Shown here: piece after piece, positions 13,789 through 27,204 of the stretch | Layout: each line of letters opens with the position of its first letter | Numbering within the stretch: the first letter of the stretch is position 1 | NCBI GenBank assembly: GCA_000934665.2 | Contig: KZ538422.1 | Span: forward strand, 1-64,000 | Length of the DNA: 64,000 nucleotides | Direction of reading: 5' to 3' | Source of the DNA: Catajapyx aquilonaris | Taxonomy: Eukaryota | Notes under the pieces: generated by a model | Told to the model about the DNA's origin: nothing | The model's input: only the letters and a program-made list of their open reading frames with translations | Databases searched by the model: none | Made by a program: the position numbers and the translations under genes

Positions 13789-14207
13789 TACCACATGTTG
13801 ATACACGCCAGGTAAGCCTTCAAAATAAGATTGTCCTTTGCATGCGCTATCAGCCAGTTGAAAAATTATGACGTGTCATTTTGAACACCCGGTTTATTGA
13901 AGCATTAGGACAATAGCAGACGAGTTCCCACACTACATGAAAGCTCTTGGGACATGAATGATATTCATCTCTAAAAATAATATTATATCAAATTTATTGT
14001 CAACTCACATTGTAACCTACTCGTTTTTACTGTATATTATTGAATGGGTATATAAATGTCTCATATATAAAGGCACGAGTATGGATAATACACAGGAATA
14101 AAATAATTATAACGTTAATATAATAGTAAGAGGAATAAAGACTAAGGAATAAACATTACAATGGAAAATACCATTATATTAATTGAAATTTATAATACCT
14201 TGAGTGG

Positions 14208-14522
14208 CCAGGAGTGGTGGCATTCAAAAATAATTTCATTTATCTTTAATTGTCTTCTGAGAGGAATTGCTGCCACGAATTCCACAAATGAGTGTGAAAA
14301 ACATTGTTTTGAAGATAGAGTACTATGTTAGTGATCCATTAAGTGGTATTTAAATTTTCATCTTTCATCCGTTCTGCTTTTGTAGCAGAAATATTGTGGG
14401 TCCTAATGTTATTCTCATTGGTTGTTTGTCACTATTTTTGTCAATATTTTAAAACTAAAATTCTTTTCTCGTTTCCTATTGGGAAAATGTTCAGAAAATT
14501 CAATAGGAACTGACATTGCGTT
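14208..14522. repeat. Unclassified ~310-bp dispersed repeat (inverted copy at ~55168-55480)
   Basis: CAGGAGTGGTGGCATTCAAAAATAATTTCATTTATCTTTAATTGTCTTCTGAGAGG...AATAGGAACTGACATTGCGTTA matches the reverse complement of 55168-55480 along its length. Confidence 0.85.
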
Positions 14523-17500
14523 ACTCAATTCTTCTCGGGTCTGAAGATGTTAAGAATGACGTGGAATGACTAACTTTACCCATCCAAAATTTTAACCAGA
14601 TGACTTACAGTATTTTCAATGCATTTCGGACTCCTGGTCAGCAGGTCATGCGTACCTGGATTGGCATCATTAGCAGCCCCACCATTCTGGTCAGCACCTT
14701 CCTTCGTGCCATTTTTCTGCCCCTCTTTCTTCCTAAATTCATTTTCCAAATCTGCTGCGGTTCTCTTTGCCTAATATCGGAGAACAAAAGACATATCAAG
14801 ACTGTGACTATGTCGCCAAACTTTATATACCGGTATATCTTTCTCTCGTTACATGAGTGTGCCCAGTCAAGCACCGCTATTAGCTGCGAGAATTGGCACT
14901 GGGAAGGAAGTAATTAGTATTGTCTTCTAACCTTTTGTATACGTGTGTTCTTCGCAGGTGGACCCTGATTCTTTTTCTCTTCCCCAGAAAAAGCACCTGT
15001 AATGATGAGTAATGTGTTAATATATTCAAAGTCAATGTTAGATTCATGCATATGTCACTTCTGTGTGTGAGCAGTTGGATAATAATCAAATGGATTGGAG
15101 GATGATAGTATGAATGGCGGATGTCACTGAATGATCAATAAATTCGCCAAGTGATAAGTGGATTTCAGTAGTATAGGGATTGGACTAGGAAGAATTGTCA
15201 GAAAAAATGGTTGATCCCATACGGTATTATTAATTACTAGTTCTATAGGTATGACATCGTTTATGCAACTGGCCCTAAGTGAAACAATCACGTCTGCCAG
15301 AAGCGTTTTTTTGCCAAATAGTGAAGCATGCTCGTTACCCTAATAACAACTGTGTTATTAAAATCACGGGTATTCTGCAGAGAAGGATGCTGATAATACG
15401 CATTTTTCTTCCTAAAGGGCGTAAGCGTCACATTTTTATCCTATTATTGCAGTAGTTGTTACATATGAGCTGTACACAGGTCCTAGTATCACACACATTG
15501 CCTCACAATTTATTAAGTGTACGATATTGGCACATCAGTAGTGTCAACAGAAAAAAAACATGCAGGTTGCTCAAGTCGGAACACCGTACGCGATCAAAAA
15601 ATGTTGTTTCAGAATGTGATATAGAGACGATTTTGCATTTGACTCGAGTGCAGCCTGAACTTGAATCAAATGCAAAATCGTCTCTATCTTTTTGAGCGAT
15701 ATACAGTAGATACATTTTGTCTGTTCTGAATAATACCATTTGTACTGTACAAGATACACGATTTCCCTTTGTTTCGCATAGTTTTTTTTTTAATCTGCCC
15801 GAGTTATTCAGGGTAACTGGGAAAATATACGTCCCAGAGATGGAGACTCCTTTCGCGTTTTTCTTACCATATACGCATGAAGATTGGCAGGTGGCATATT
15901 TTTACTGTCCAGATCATGTTTTTGATAACAGATGCCGCGACCGCGAAATCTGAGCAATATAAGCCTCGCTTTGTCCCACGCAGTTCAACCTCCCAAACAC
16001 AAAGAAGAAAAAAAGTGCATGTCTTACAAAAATTTACCAAGATTAATGCAATCGAGAGAATTTCGAATAAACTTGCAAACACGTGTTGAGCCAAAGTTTT
16101 GCCATTGCCCTGTTCTCCGTACAATGTGCAACTGCGCACTGCATTCTACTGTACTGTAATTGCCAAAAATCACACTGGAAAGAGGAGCGGAAACCCTGTG
16201 ACAACAGAAAACTTGTCTTCCTCCATATGTGTTCATGTCACAATCCTACCTGCTATGTGCACGATTCTATTACACCTGATTACACCTCAAAAATCACTTC
16301 CGCCCCCAACCCTTTCCAAGATCACACTTTAGCTTACGTTTGTGTAATGTTTGTGTAATGTCCAGTGTATCACAAATGTATATAGTATGCCTCTCAACTA
16401 CATTATATTCGACTCTCACCAGTAACTGGATGAGCTGCCATCTCCTATGAGTGTCAGATGAAGACTGATCTGGTGTATCAGCCGTACGACACTGGACCTA
16501 ACTCATGCTATACGGTACTGTACGCATCAAGGGCTGTTGCCAAGCTGCAAAATTGCCCGTTTTTACCAGGATCGTATAACAAGGTCCTCTTACCCACACC
16601 CCACCCACCTCGCCAACAACCCCTCAGAAATGGAACATTTTAAATATATTTTTGAAAGGCTCCTCTATCGCGCAGGTCCTTTTTTTTAATTCAATGTGAC
16701 ATTGCAAAACTTCCAAGGTTGATGTAGTTTTGTGTAAGCTGACTTCAAATTTAATGGTAGGCCTAAAATCCACTAAGCCAAAATATTTAAGAAAAGCATA
16801 TAAGCCTACTGGGCTCCTGCGCAGGTGCCGCCACTGAGCATGTGCCAGGACGGCTATTGTACCATTTCGTGCAAACTTTAACAGGACACCCTGGGAATCC
16901 CCTCCTCACATCTTTCGAGTGTAGTGACATGCAGATATGAGTGATCTTATTGCCTAGTCAGCATCCTGAACTCTCACATGTCTCATATATCTTCATTTTC
17001 AGAACCAAAAGTACACACGATGTGCGATAAGGTGTCATTGACTCAGTGTGCTCATTACAGGTAGTTCACTTCAAAAGCGCTTTGAATGCGACACATAGGC
17101 CTACGCATATCATTATTTTTAAAAGGTCGGCAGTAATTTGCAATCCACTAAAAAGGGAGACAGCAAGAGCCAGAGGCCTATATCTCCCCGGACTATAGTC
17201 CGGGGAGATCGGAAATATACTCGTATATGCCGTAGTGTGTGTGTGGGGGGGAAGGGGGGGGGGCATTTTTTGTCATTAATTTCATGGAATTCAACAGTTC
17301 GGGGCATTAATTAGGGTGGAAAGTATAGTGTGTATTGTAAATCACCTCCCGAGTTTTGTATTCGGTATTTAAAAGGATAAAATTTGCATGAACACAGCTA
17401 CAATCATTATTGGCTATAATAATGCCTGTTTCTATATTATGGTAGGATGAGCCCTTGGCCTATGCTAAGGCCGAACAGGTATACAAAATAATATTTTTGG

Positions 17501-18809
17501 AATTGAAGGTTAATCACTGCGTGAGGAAACAACTGAAGCTCTCTTTTTTTGCAAAAGCAACACTATAATATTGTCAAAAAATGTCACTTTTTAGAAGACA
17601 CAAAAAAGGCTTTCCACAGGTGAAAAAATTGTGTCTTATGGACACACTGATGTGACAGATCATGACATGAAGTTACAATATCCGCATGCAGTAGGCTAGT
17701 AATGCTGGAGAAAATTCCAGACGGATTTTGACATAAGCTGTTCTTACGTAAAAGGTGGAATAATTATGCATAATTTTCCCACTTTTCATTATTATTTGAT
17801 GAATGATGATTTGATGATGATTATTTGACGAAGAATACATTATTTTCATAATCAGAAAATGCACCTATTGATTCCTACACATTATGAATATTAATATCTG
17901 CAAGTGGCAGTAACGTAGGAAAAATTCCGGACATTGACATACTTGTATATTATTATGCTGTTCTTGTGTATAAGGTGGGATAATAATGCATAATGTTACA
18001 TTTTTCATTATAATTCTTAAACATTTGTGAGTTTAATTTTCAAAAATGCACTCATTGATTTCTACACGTCTTCCCACTACTTAACGCTTATGATTTCATC
18101 CTTCAGTGGCATCTGTGACAGATGAGTGTAAGGGTTAGACAGTAGGAAGGTGCAGTGACAAGTAATTAAGCAACATTAACAAGACATTGTTCTGACCACG
18201 ACTCTGACCCTCCCTGGATACTCACTCATGGAAGACATAACATGTCACACCATTAGTGCTGTTCTTCTGTAAAAAAATAATTTCAGCTCGGAAAGACTGA
18301 CATGACATCTGCTCACCTTGCATAATGTGGATTTTATTATCAATTTTTTCTCCTTTGGTAATTATCCTTTTGCATTGGTGTTGAACCATTAAGAAATCGC
18401 ATGGCTGCGGAACTATGAGGTGGTGGTCATAACTCATTTTTGACCATTTTGACATAATTATATGTTGTTTTTGCATAAAAGGCTTCAACTATTCCGTCTG
18501 TTTTGATTTTCTTAGCAATATAGGGCCCGATTGGGATATAGAAAATATCCTGCAGGAATTCGTGCCATGAAGGAATCATACTGTAGAAGTGTGCCATAGA
18601 AGTGTTCCATATGCACCGCGATTGTAAAATAATATCAACGTAATAATATTTCCTCAGGATGCTGTAATTAAGTTAATTTATTCATAAGGATCATGTGTTA
18701 TGGGTCCATTCCTGTCGCCGCCGCCGCACTGTAATATTATTGAAACCAAGCCACAAGAATCAGGAAAGATGCCTTACGACACCATAAGAGGCCTTTGGGA
18801 GGAAACGGC

Positions 18810-18985
18810 AGAAGCCTGAGAAATTGATGCGATTACGGAGAGAATCCGTAGAAACCCGGTAGAAACTCTTTACACATGAAAAAAAAATCATAAGCCCGAC
18901 CCAGGACCGGGGATCAAACGCGGGACCCCAGAGATAAAAAGCTGTGAGGATAGCCTGGAATAACCACTACGTCACCTTGCTACCC
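18810..18985 (-). mobile_element. SINE family A, degenerate copy
   Basis: GGAGAGAATCCGTAGAAAC...CCGGGGATCAAACGCGGGACCC...TAACCACTACGTCACC matches the family A layout. Confidence 0.6.
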
Positions 18986-19284
18986 CGGTTGTAAGTTAAT
19001 ATGTGTCGATGTCAAAAATTATGAAGTGAGTTTCGTCTTAAAATATGCCAAGTAAAGAGTTGCCCTACCTGAAACAATTTCGGGAGGTATACAGACATAC
19101 AGTACAAACCACCCCTGTATTGTGTGACCACCTTCACGTATGTCTTAAAAAGTTAATTACTCGTTTTAGCAGTTACTAATAAGTAGTAGCATTGCGCTAT
19201 GTTATGAGCTGTCTTTAGCCAAGCGTATCCTGGAACTATGCAACCAACACTACTTTTAATGCTTTTCCTCCATAATCCATATAT

Positions 19285-19361
19285 CGAGGGTGATAGATCA
19301 GAAGAGCGTATGATCCATTTGTTTACATTGGTTCATACGCCCTTCTGATCTATCACCCTCG
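19285..19361. mobile_element. 77-bp hairpin micro-MITE, Sola1-like
   Basis: ATAT-CGAGGGTGATAGATCAGAAGAGCGTATGA...TCATACGCCCTTCTGATCTATCACCCTCG-ATAT, i.e. a 4-bp AWWT flank on both sides. Confidence 0.7.
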
Positions 19362-19988
19362 ATATGCTCCACTTCTGACTTCGGCCGAACATTTTTTTGG
19401 GACATGTTTGACGTAGAAAAGAACAGTCTCCTATCATCATTAGGCATCGCCATAGATACAGTACAAGAGTGTAGGAATCATCCGGCCTTATTGGACCGTC
19501 ATGACAACGGGGCGCAATCCGTGGATACTAAGAGGACCAGGAAGCTTATACCATCTAATGATTTCAAAGTGGACAAACCTACCATTTTGTCCTTTTGCGG
19601 AGAATCAGCAGTGCTTGAGCCTTCTATAATCCCTCAGGCTCCCATGCATTTATTTTTATCTCAAAATGTCAACATCTTCGTGGAAACTGGAGAACTCGAA
19701 TGAAACGGGATATAATTATTGAAAAGGGACACATTTTCTTATAGAAGCAGCAGAAATTCGCGGTATCAAATTGATCAATACCATATACAATAATGGATCT
19801 TTTCTTTTCCTCACACTATCAGTGAGATCCTGACAAAAGAAAGAAGACACTGAATATCAGACCCATTTTAAGCTTACAAAGGCTCTACGTCCTGCTTACA
19901 AGTTAGTGAGCAACAGGTGCTCCATGCTCTAACTTTCGCCAAATTGGTAGCCTTGGACTTACAGGTGGTTTTACTATATGCACATTAT

Positions 19989-19989
<1 letters not shown>

Positions 19990-20056
<67 letters not shown>
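19990..20056. repeat. (AAT)n microsatellite
   Basis: Directly visible. Confidence 0.97.
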
Positions 20057-20229
20057 TCCTGACGACACAGTAATTTTACTGAAGCTATAACTGCCAGAAA
20101 AATACACGTTGTCAACAATCTAAATGTAGAGGATTGAGAGTAAAACATGTCTCAAACCATGTATAAACTTTATTTTTGTTGCGATAATGATACAGCAGAG
20201 CAGGTGCCTTATTACCCATCAGCATCAGA

Positions 20230-20378
20230 GGTATCATCAGTTGAAAAAGAATTGTCCCAGTCATCCTGATGTGTGTGCTGCCCGCTCGACACACACCATG
20301 TAACTTACATGGTGTGTGTCGAGCAGCCAGCCCACACGTCAGGATGACTGGGACAGTTCTTTTTCAACTGATGATACC
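20230..20378. repeat. ~149-bp near-perfect palindrome with 1-nt centre
   Basis: GGTATCATCAGTTGAAAAAGAATTGTCCCAGTCATCCTGA...CATGTAA-C-TTACATG...TCAGGATGACTGGGACAGTTCTTTTTCAACTGATGATACC. Confidence 0.95.
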
Positions 20379-21176
20379 ATAATTATACAGTGTATAGGAC
20401 AGTAATCTTCCAAACCATCTGCTGCCGCTTTTCAGTGATTTCTTTTTCTTGCTCTCGTCGCGTAGGATCGGTCGATTGAGGGCTTTCTAGGTATTGCGTG
20501 GGAATATAAGCTATAACGACCTCTCGCCCACACTCACATATCCTGGCGGTTCGAATTCCCTTTGTGAAGGAGCGGCGAAAAAGGTTTATCTCCAGGAAAA
20601 ATATACCTGATCAATAACATGGTACTGTGCAAGACTCAAGTTGATTGGTGTTATGCTTTGTAGTAATTATATTATATAGGTAGACTATTCCATACCTCTG
20701 GACCATTCAGGAAGGGACAAAAGGTCCCCAAAATCGCTTGGGTCAATTATCTCCTAAGCATTGTGATTCATGACTGAAAGACCAATTACGACTGGAATTT
20801 TATGTGATTTTTCTGCCCATCTGGAGGAAGTCGTTGCGGCTCATTGCTATATACTGTATAGAGTTCCACCTATAAGCTACGGCTTGCCAACAGTCTGACT
20901 GAACGAAATGCTTAACAAAACCTGGGCACCCAATGAGTGTTATACTGCATTGTGTAACTTACTTCGTCGAAAAGGTATACCACAATATTGACGGAAGGAA
21001 ATGTACTGTACAGTCCCTCTATATCAGAGGCGCTCAATCTTTTGCTAGTCGCGGGCCAATAATTTGTGGCCCGAAGGCCATAGTTTGAGCACCCCTGTTA
21101 TTATTGGTCCAAGAGAAAATGCATTGGAAGGTTACATTATCTATAAAATGAATTTAACAACACCGCTATGTTAAGT

Positions 21177-21389
21177 GAGGGGTCTCAGATCAAAAGCGTC
21201 CAAAAGGCACCCCCCCCCCCCAAAAAAAAATGGCCGTAAAAATAATGACCAAAAACTGATGATTACTTAACTTTCACTGGTACAATATTAAAGCTTTTTG
21301 CGTCCATATGTTGCCGCGGCTCAGCTACATACGCATTTGTGTTACAACCCCCAAAAATGGACTTTGCCACTTTTGATCTGAGACCCCTC
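21177..21389. mobile_element. Non-autonomous Sola-type MITE (GAG...CTC ends)
   Basis: Perfect 20-bp TIR GAGGGGTCTCAGATCAAAAG / CTTTTGATCTGAGACCCCTC and 4-bp TSD AAGT. Confidence 0.8.
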
Positions 21390-22405
21390 AAGTACAGTAT
21401 GACGGGGCTCTTCTATTCAATATGCGAGTTAATAAAATGTATTTTCTTCCCGTCCAATTACGTATTATTTCTCAGTAAAAGTCAGTCAAAGTACAGACGT
21501 TCCCGCCAATGTGGGCGAATATAATTCTGGCCAATTTGAGAGTGTTTACGAGTATAGGCTAAAAATGGGGTTGTATGTTTAATAAACACGTCTGTGTAAG
21601 ACTTAACTACGTAAAACGATTCACAGTGCGGTTAAAATCATTAATAATGTGTCACCAAAATTATTCAGAAAAACTCCTCTGGTGAACTCCTGGGCACCAG
21701 AAGATCATGTTATGAGAGGTGTCATTACTATATCCGTAATCTCGTTAGCGAGATCGTCACAATATTATTTTAAGGAGTGTATTAAACCTTCTCTCTCGCG
21801 GATACAATCTTCGACAATGTATTCATCACCTAACGACTGCCTGCTACACCCAAAGAGTTCTGCTCTAATACATATACCCTACACCTACGTCATCTTTACT
21901 TGGGTCAAGATCGATGATTGACACTGTTTACTTATTTTGCTATGCGACGGCGTCTCCATGGAAATGCATAGAAATAAACAGTGTCTCTCTAGGTTTATTA
22001 TATAGCAGAACTCTTTGGCTATACACCTACTAAAATCGCCGTTTCAATTAAAATTTCATGATAATGCTCGTATATGTTTTGAATTTCTTTGTATCATTAT
22101 GAAACACCCTGTATTGTATGGAACATGTAGCTCACAGTTGATTGTAGTACATTTGCTCTTATAGATGCTCTTATAATAATACCCGATTTGATTCAATAAC
22201 TGTCATGCTTATGAATTTTCATTGAGGAAATGGGAGAGCCCGAATATACAATCCATAAACTCTCTCTCTCTCTCTCTCTCTCCCTCTCTCTCCCCCCCCT
22301 CTCTCTCTCCTCCACTCGNCCCCCCCCCCCCCCCCCCCCCAATATCAGAGCCATCTCTGCTACCCGGTAATCGAACTCGGGACTTCAGAGGTCGGAGGCT
22401 GTGGT

Positions 22406-22577
22406 GTGTCGTGTCTGGTCAAGAAAAGCCCGTAACGCGCTGTGACAATTTCTTGTTTCCCACTACGCCATGTAGATAACAACAATAGGGTGATTTATTT
22501 TCAGCATCTACTTGGTGTAGTGGGAAACAAGAAACTGTCACAGCACGTTATGGGCTTTTCCTGACCAGCCACGACAC
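22406..22577. repeat. Inverted repeat with ~65-70-bp arms, next to a SINE-A head fragment
   Basis: GTGTCGTGTCTGGTCAAGAAAAGCCCGTAACGCGCTGTGACAATTTCTTGTTTCCCACTACGCCATGTAGAT pairs with ATCTACTTGGTGTAGTGGGAAACAAGAAACTGTCACAGCACGTTATGGGCTTTTCCTGACCAGCCACGACAC. Confidence 0.85.
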
Positions 22578-24125
22578 TAATTTCGCATCCTGACATTTTT
22601 GTGTAGGCCCTACTCCAGAAAAGCGTTCTGGCCTTTAAAAAAAAAGAGCATTTCGCCAAATGGATGGTTTGAAATTGAGACATCGCGAGCTGACCATTTT
22701 AAAGTGAACATTTCGCGATCTGCCTGAAAAGAGCATTCCGCGAAATGCTCGTTTTGTATTTCTGTCCTTTATTAGCCGTCTCCAAGAGTGGTTATTGTGG
22801 GCTTCAGCTTCCAAACTTTCCGCTGCTCTAGTACAGGTCAGGAAATTGACAATATTATTTTAGACGGGCCCCCCAAAAGAAGGGCGAATCAACGTCCTTC
22901 TTGAGGTGGCGAAGGACGAAGGACAGAATTCTGAAAAGAAGGACTGTCCATCCTAAAGAATGACGTCTGGCTATGCAATTTAGAAGCATAGTAAATAAGA
23001 AGAATATTCTTCTTCTTATTTACTACGCTTCTAAATATCATTGTGCCCTTCCTGATACTTGGTTATGTGACACGATAAGAGATAAAAAGGGGAGAAATAG
23101 TAGAGCCCACCTACTCTTCTTCAACAGTCAGCAGCCATGCGTGAGGACTTCCAGCAATCCAAATATTTTTACAAAATGCAAATCTTCTGCACACGTTATG
23201 AGTATATTTTATTTTTAACAAACAGTAGTTTAAGACAGTAGGCCTACTGGTCCACATTTATACCTTCTAACCTGCCATTTAACCTGTAACAAGACATAAC
23301 TGTGGAGATTCAATAGCAGTTCAAATTAAAATATCTGATCATTTTATAAGGAAATAATGAAATAATGAAATGCCCCACTTTATACTGGACAGTCGGTTGA
23401 GCGGGGTATACTGACCCCCTGGTGGCCTGGTGCACTTCTTTTCATACTGGTATGCTGCAATATGCGAGTAAGTTCAATAGGAACCATACATAATTAATAA
23501 CTTACATACAGCAGCTTACAAAATAATGATCTATGTGGTGGTTGAAATTTAAGATGATTATTATTTTATTCCAGTGTTACTTTGGACTGTTAGTTTTCTC
23601 TTTATTTTTTCTAGGGGGTTACCCTAGTGTTCCTGGGCACTTTCATAAAATTATTAATTTATTTGCATGCAAAATAATGGTAATGGTCCTTCATTGAGTC
23701 AGCTTCTACTTGTAGTCCGTGGCTATATCGTTATTTTGCTGTAGAGGGCGACAGACTGTAATATGACGAAACAATAGGACCGCTACTAAGGTGCCATATT
23801 AAAGGTGTCGATAGAATATTCGGAACAAAATTGTTCCTTTTATTTTGACAAACATTTTGGATACAATACTGTATAAGTGTAGAGAGGAATGGGCAAAATT
23901 TAAACACAAACATGACATAGTAACATACGGTAACATAGTATGCCTTTAGGAATGAAGATAAAATGATAAAAAATATAGGCATACCACGATAATCATTGAT
24001 ATAAGCATTGTGGAATCTCGACTTCTTCCATCACGTACGTTTTCAGTCTTGTCGTTATTGGCCTATGTTGACGTCCATTTAGTCATCTTGACCAGGTAAG
24101 GGGGAATAGCAAGAACTGTCGGTGC

Positions 24126-27100
24126 CTACTTTTGTTCAGGCACAGCGTCCTTACCAGTAGCATTTGCTGCTGTATCATTTTTGCCCGTGCACTCCTGCTG
24201 TCCCTGATCTTCTCTTGCAACAGTAACATCTGTCATGTCCGTGGCCGTGGGGAAGTCTTCGGATGACTGTAGAACATGTAATGAAATTCAAAGTACATTT
24301 GATTTGTAAAATTATGATTCAAAAATGCTTTCAGTGATAATATATTTATGACCCAACAAAAATACAAAATATTGTCACGAAACAGTTGGCGAAACAGAAG
24401 GCGTTTTAGAGAGGCTGTACCCTCGCAAAGAGTTCACACCTGCTAATTCCAATTTTATAGTATGTTCTGAACGAAGTTCCTTGCTTCCTTCCACCAGATC
24501 TGTATCTCTTCGATCGGCTTCAGCTTTTAAGTTCAGATAGTATATATAAAAGCAGGGATTCGTAAGTTGTATAGTTGCAAAAAGTACTACATTGATAAGA
24601 AATGTAAAATTTTGGAGACATAGAGTTTTTGTAGGTATGAATTACGCAAAAAAGGATTCGGCTTTCGACGTGCATCAGCAAAAATATTGGCCCAATCGAA
24701 AGGAACAAACGTTTCAGAACGCTGGTTTATCGAACCAAAATCTTTGTCACACTACTCCATTATATAACTGTGACCTCTAATGGGAAATGTCACTTGGATT
24801 GTTAGAAACGGTTAGAAACCTATAATTATGCACAGACAAATGTAGCATGATACATGAGGCTTCTGATGATTGTGTAGTTTTTATTTTGCCCCTATTTGCA
24901 AAAACAATCGACTGCGCAGAGTGCAAGGGTGGACGTTGATCAATTTCCCCCCAAAGGCGGTGGACGTTGATCGTTCTTCCAACAATTCCAAATATTTCAG
25001 GGCCTTTCGTAGCGAACTACTGTATGATCATTTCACCACAACAACGACCAAACCATGTATCATATTCTATACGCTAGTCAAACTATCCTATGGAAACTCA
25101 TTTTTGACAAAAAGTGGACCTTTATCGTTTTTCTCCCGAGGTCTTCAATTGCTGTATATGTTGTAGGCTATGTAACTTATTACCCGCTAAATGCATAAAA
25201 TAATGTGGTTGGATCTGAAATGTCCTGGTCTATTTAATTTGTCTCTATTTCCTGTCTCCCACTGCGCTGGAATACATGAGGCAGGTAGACCAGAGTTTGC
25301 GCCTGCACTACACAACCTTACCGTACTTCTATATAGTTCTATATTCCTTTAAAATGATACACATAAACGAATACGGTTTTGGCAACACATCCAAATCTTG
25401 AACATTCCAAAAATAAACTAGCATGCAAATCTATGTAACAGGTACATTAGTTTCGTATGTTGTATGATACTCTTGACATAATTCACGCCTACATAATTCC
25501 TTCACAGATTCCAAAAACCCAGGTCGTGACAGAAGACACAATCAATACAAATCTTTACACTTATTTAGATGACGCGGTACGTACTGCACATTGCATATGA
25601 TTATGTAGCGTCCGAAAACAACATTCAACGTAATTATCGTTAGAATGTACTACTGACCTCATCCATATCCAGGGACCCCGACAAAGAGGGACTGGGAGTC
25701 AAAATGCCAGCAGCCTCTAATATCCACTCGTTTGTCTCTTCCTGGTCAGTGATAGCTGTCAAAGTTTCAGATGAGTCGTCACTGGAGGCGGACTTGTCTG
25801 AATCGACCTCGTCCTCTTCCATGTTCTCTTCACATCCATATTCTGCTTCTACAACGCCTTTCTTTCTTTCTTTGGCCTTCAAGTGTTCCTCGTCTTGGTT
25901 GGGGACTGCATTAAAAATTACATTCTCACACTGATGTTGGCATAAACTTACAGAATTTATTATAAGGTGGGTATGAGAAAACTGGAGCCTCATATTCACA
26001 TGAAATAGTAAACCAACGGAAACTGGTTAAAACCACGTTGGATGATCTATTGAAATTAAAGAATTACCGTAAACACCTTCAACCTAATCGCCACAATATG
26101 ACGTCGGCCCTGATAAAAAAAGGACAAGTAAGTGATTGATGATATCGTATCATATAAATTAATAATAATTATATCCCTATATACTGCACTTCTACACAGC
26201 ACCTGCGCAACAATTTGACACGTACCACATTTTCTTGGCATCTTTTTCCTTTTTCCAAGGTCTGGCTCGAATTCCACGGGAGTCTCAGGCACAGGCTGGT
26301 GAAAGAATAATATCACTATAATAGACACAATGGCCATGCGCCAAGGTGAAGATGAAATGAGGGAGTCTGTAATGAGTTAGAAATTGCGTAGGTTATTTTC
26401 AATGCAACAGTAAGTTAATCAATGAGGTTACACAACATTCTTGAGGTATATTATTGAACAAAAAAGTAGGTCCAGTGAGAAGAATGGATATGCACTTATA
26501 ATATAAACATCGCAGTGGCATAATTGCACGTACAAACAATAGCACTTTAGTACATCGGGCCCTCATTAACTTGAGTATTCTATTGTTTTTACAACTACGC
26601 ATTATTAATCTCTCCCACAACAAATGTGTAGGCTACGGAAAATGCTTCAATAGGCCTGCGACTTTCTGGGAATTATTGGGAATTCATGTTTTATTTGATC
26701 AAAAAATGGATGAACTTTGTCACATAGTCTACTTTCCATAATGTGAATGAATATCTGTAACTCAAATCACGATGTTCATGCCAACCCAAGTGGACCTCTT
26801 TGCAAAGTGCAGCTCACATACATGCGCGTGTTTCAGAATTTAGCTCAACTCAGTATGGTTGGAAATCATTCATCTCTGTAGTCCATCACCTTAACGTAGT
26901 TTTTCATTGGTCCTATAGATTAGTATGTAGTAAGTAAACTTATTCTCCAGGTTAACCAGTGGAAGGCTTGCAAGATGTTTCTTTCCTGGAGTAAAATGCT
27001 TATCAGATTAGTTGGCCTCTGTATTAAACACAGTACGCCAAATATATTATTACTTACACTGACCTACTAAAAACTAATAAATATCTTCTCCATCTCCCCT

Positions 27101-27204
27101 CTTACCTCTTCGTTGATGAAGGACAGCAGCTCTTGCGTATCTTCTGGAATCTGCTGATTCTCGTTGTTCTGGTTATCATGGTGTTGTGCAGTAGGTTGTG
27201 CCAT
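24126..27204 (-). CDS. Putative acidic, low-complexity uncharacterised protein (~185 aa); exons 27204-27106, 26295-26226, 25905-25658, 24266-24126
   Basis: Four GT-AG-bounded exons with compatible phases (0,1,0) give MAQPTAQHHDNQNNENQQIPEDTQELLSFINEE|PVPETPVEFEPDLGKRKKMPRKC|VPNQDEEHLKAKERKKG...EEDEVDSDKSASSDDSS...DMDE|SSEDFPTATD...EQK*. Extra or alternative small exons are possible. Confidence 0.5.

Larger units (their letters stand above)
13306..14996 (-). other. Possible spliced lineage-specific gene or pseudogene (candidate exons 14996-14932, 14770-14656, 13572-13306)
   Basis: Exon-like segments are bounded by TTACAG/TTTTAG acceptors and GT donors. The last segment encodes acidic MANEGPPPKYLAVDGSLNSILYDYDYDDNPG.... 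The reading frame between segments is ambiguous and no family was recognised. Confidence 0.3.

Noticed and set aside
19404..19703. 99-aa ORF
   Set aside because: No recognisable homology or splice context.
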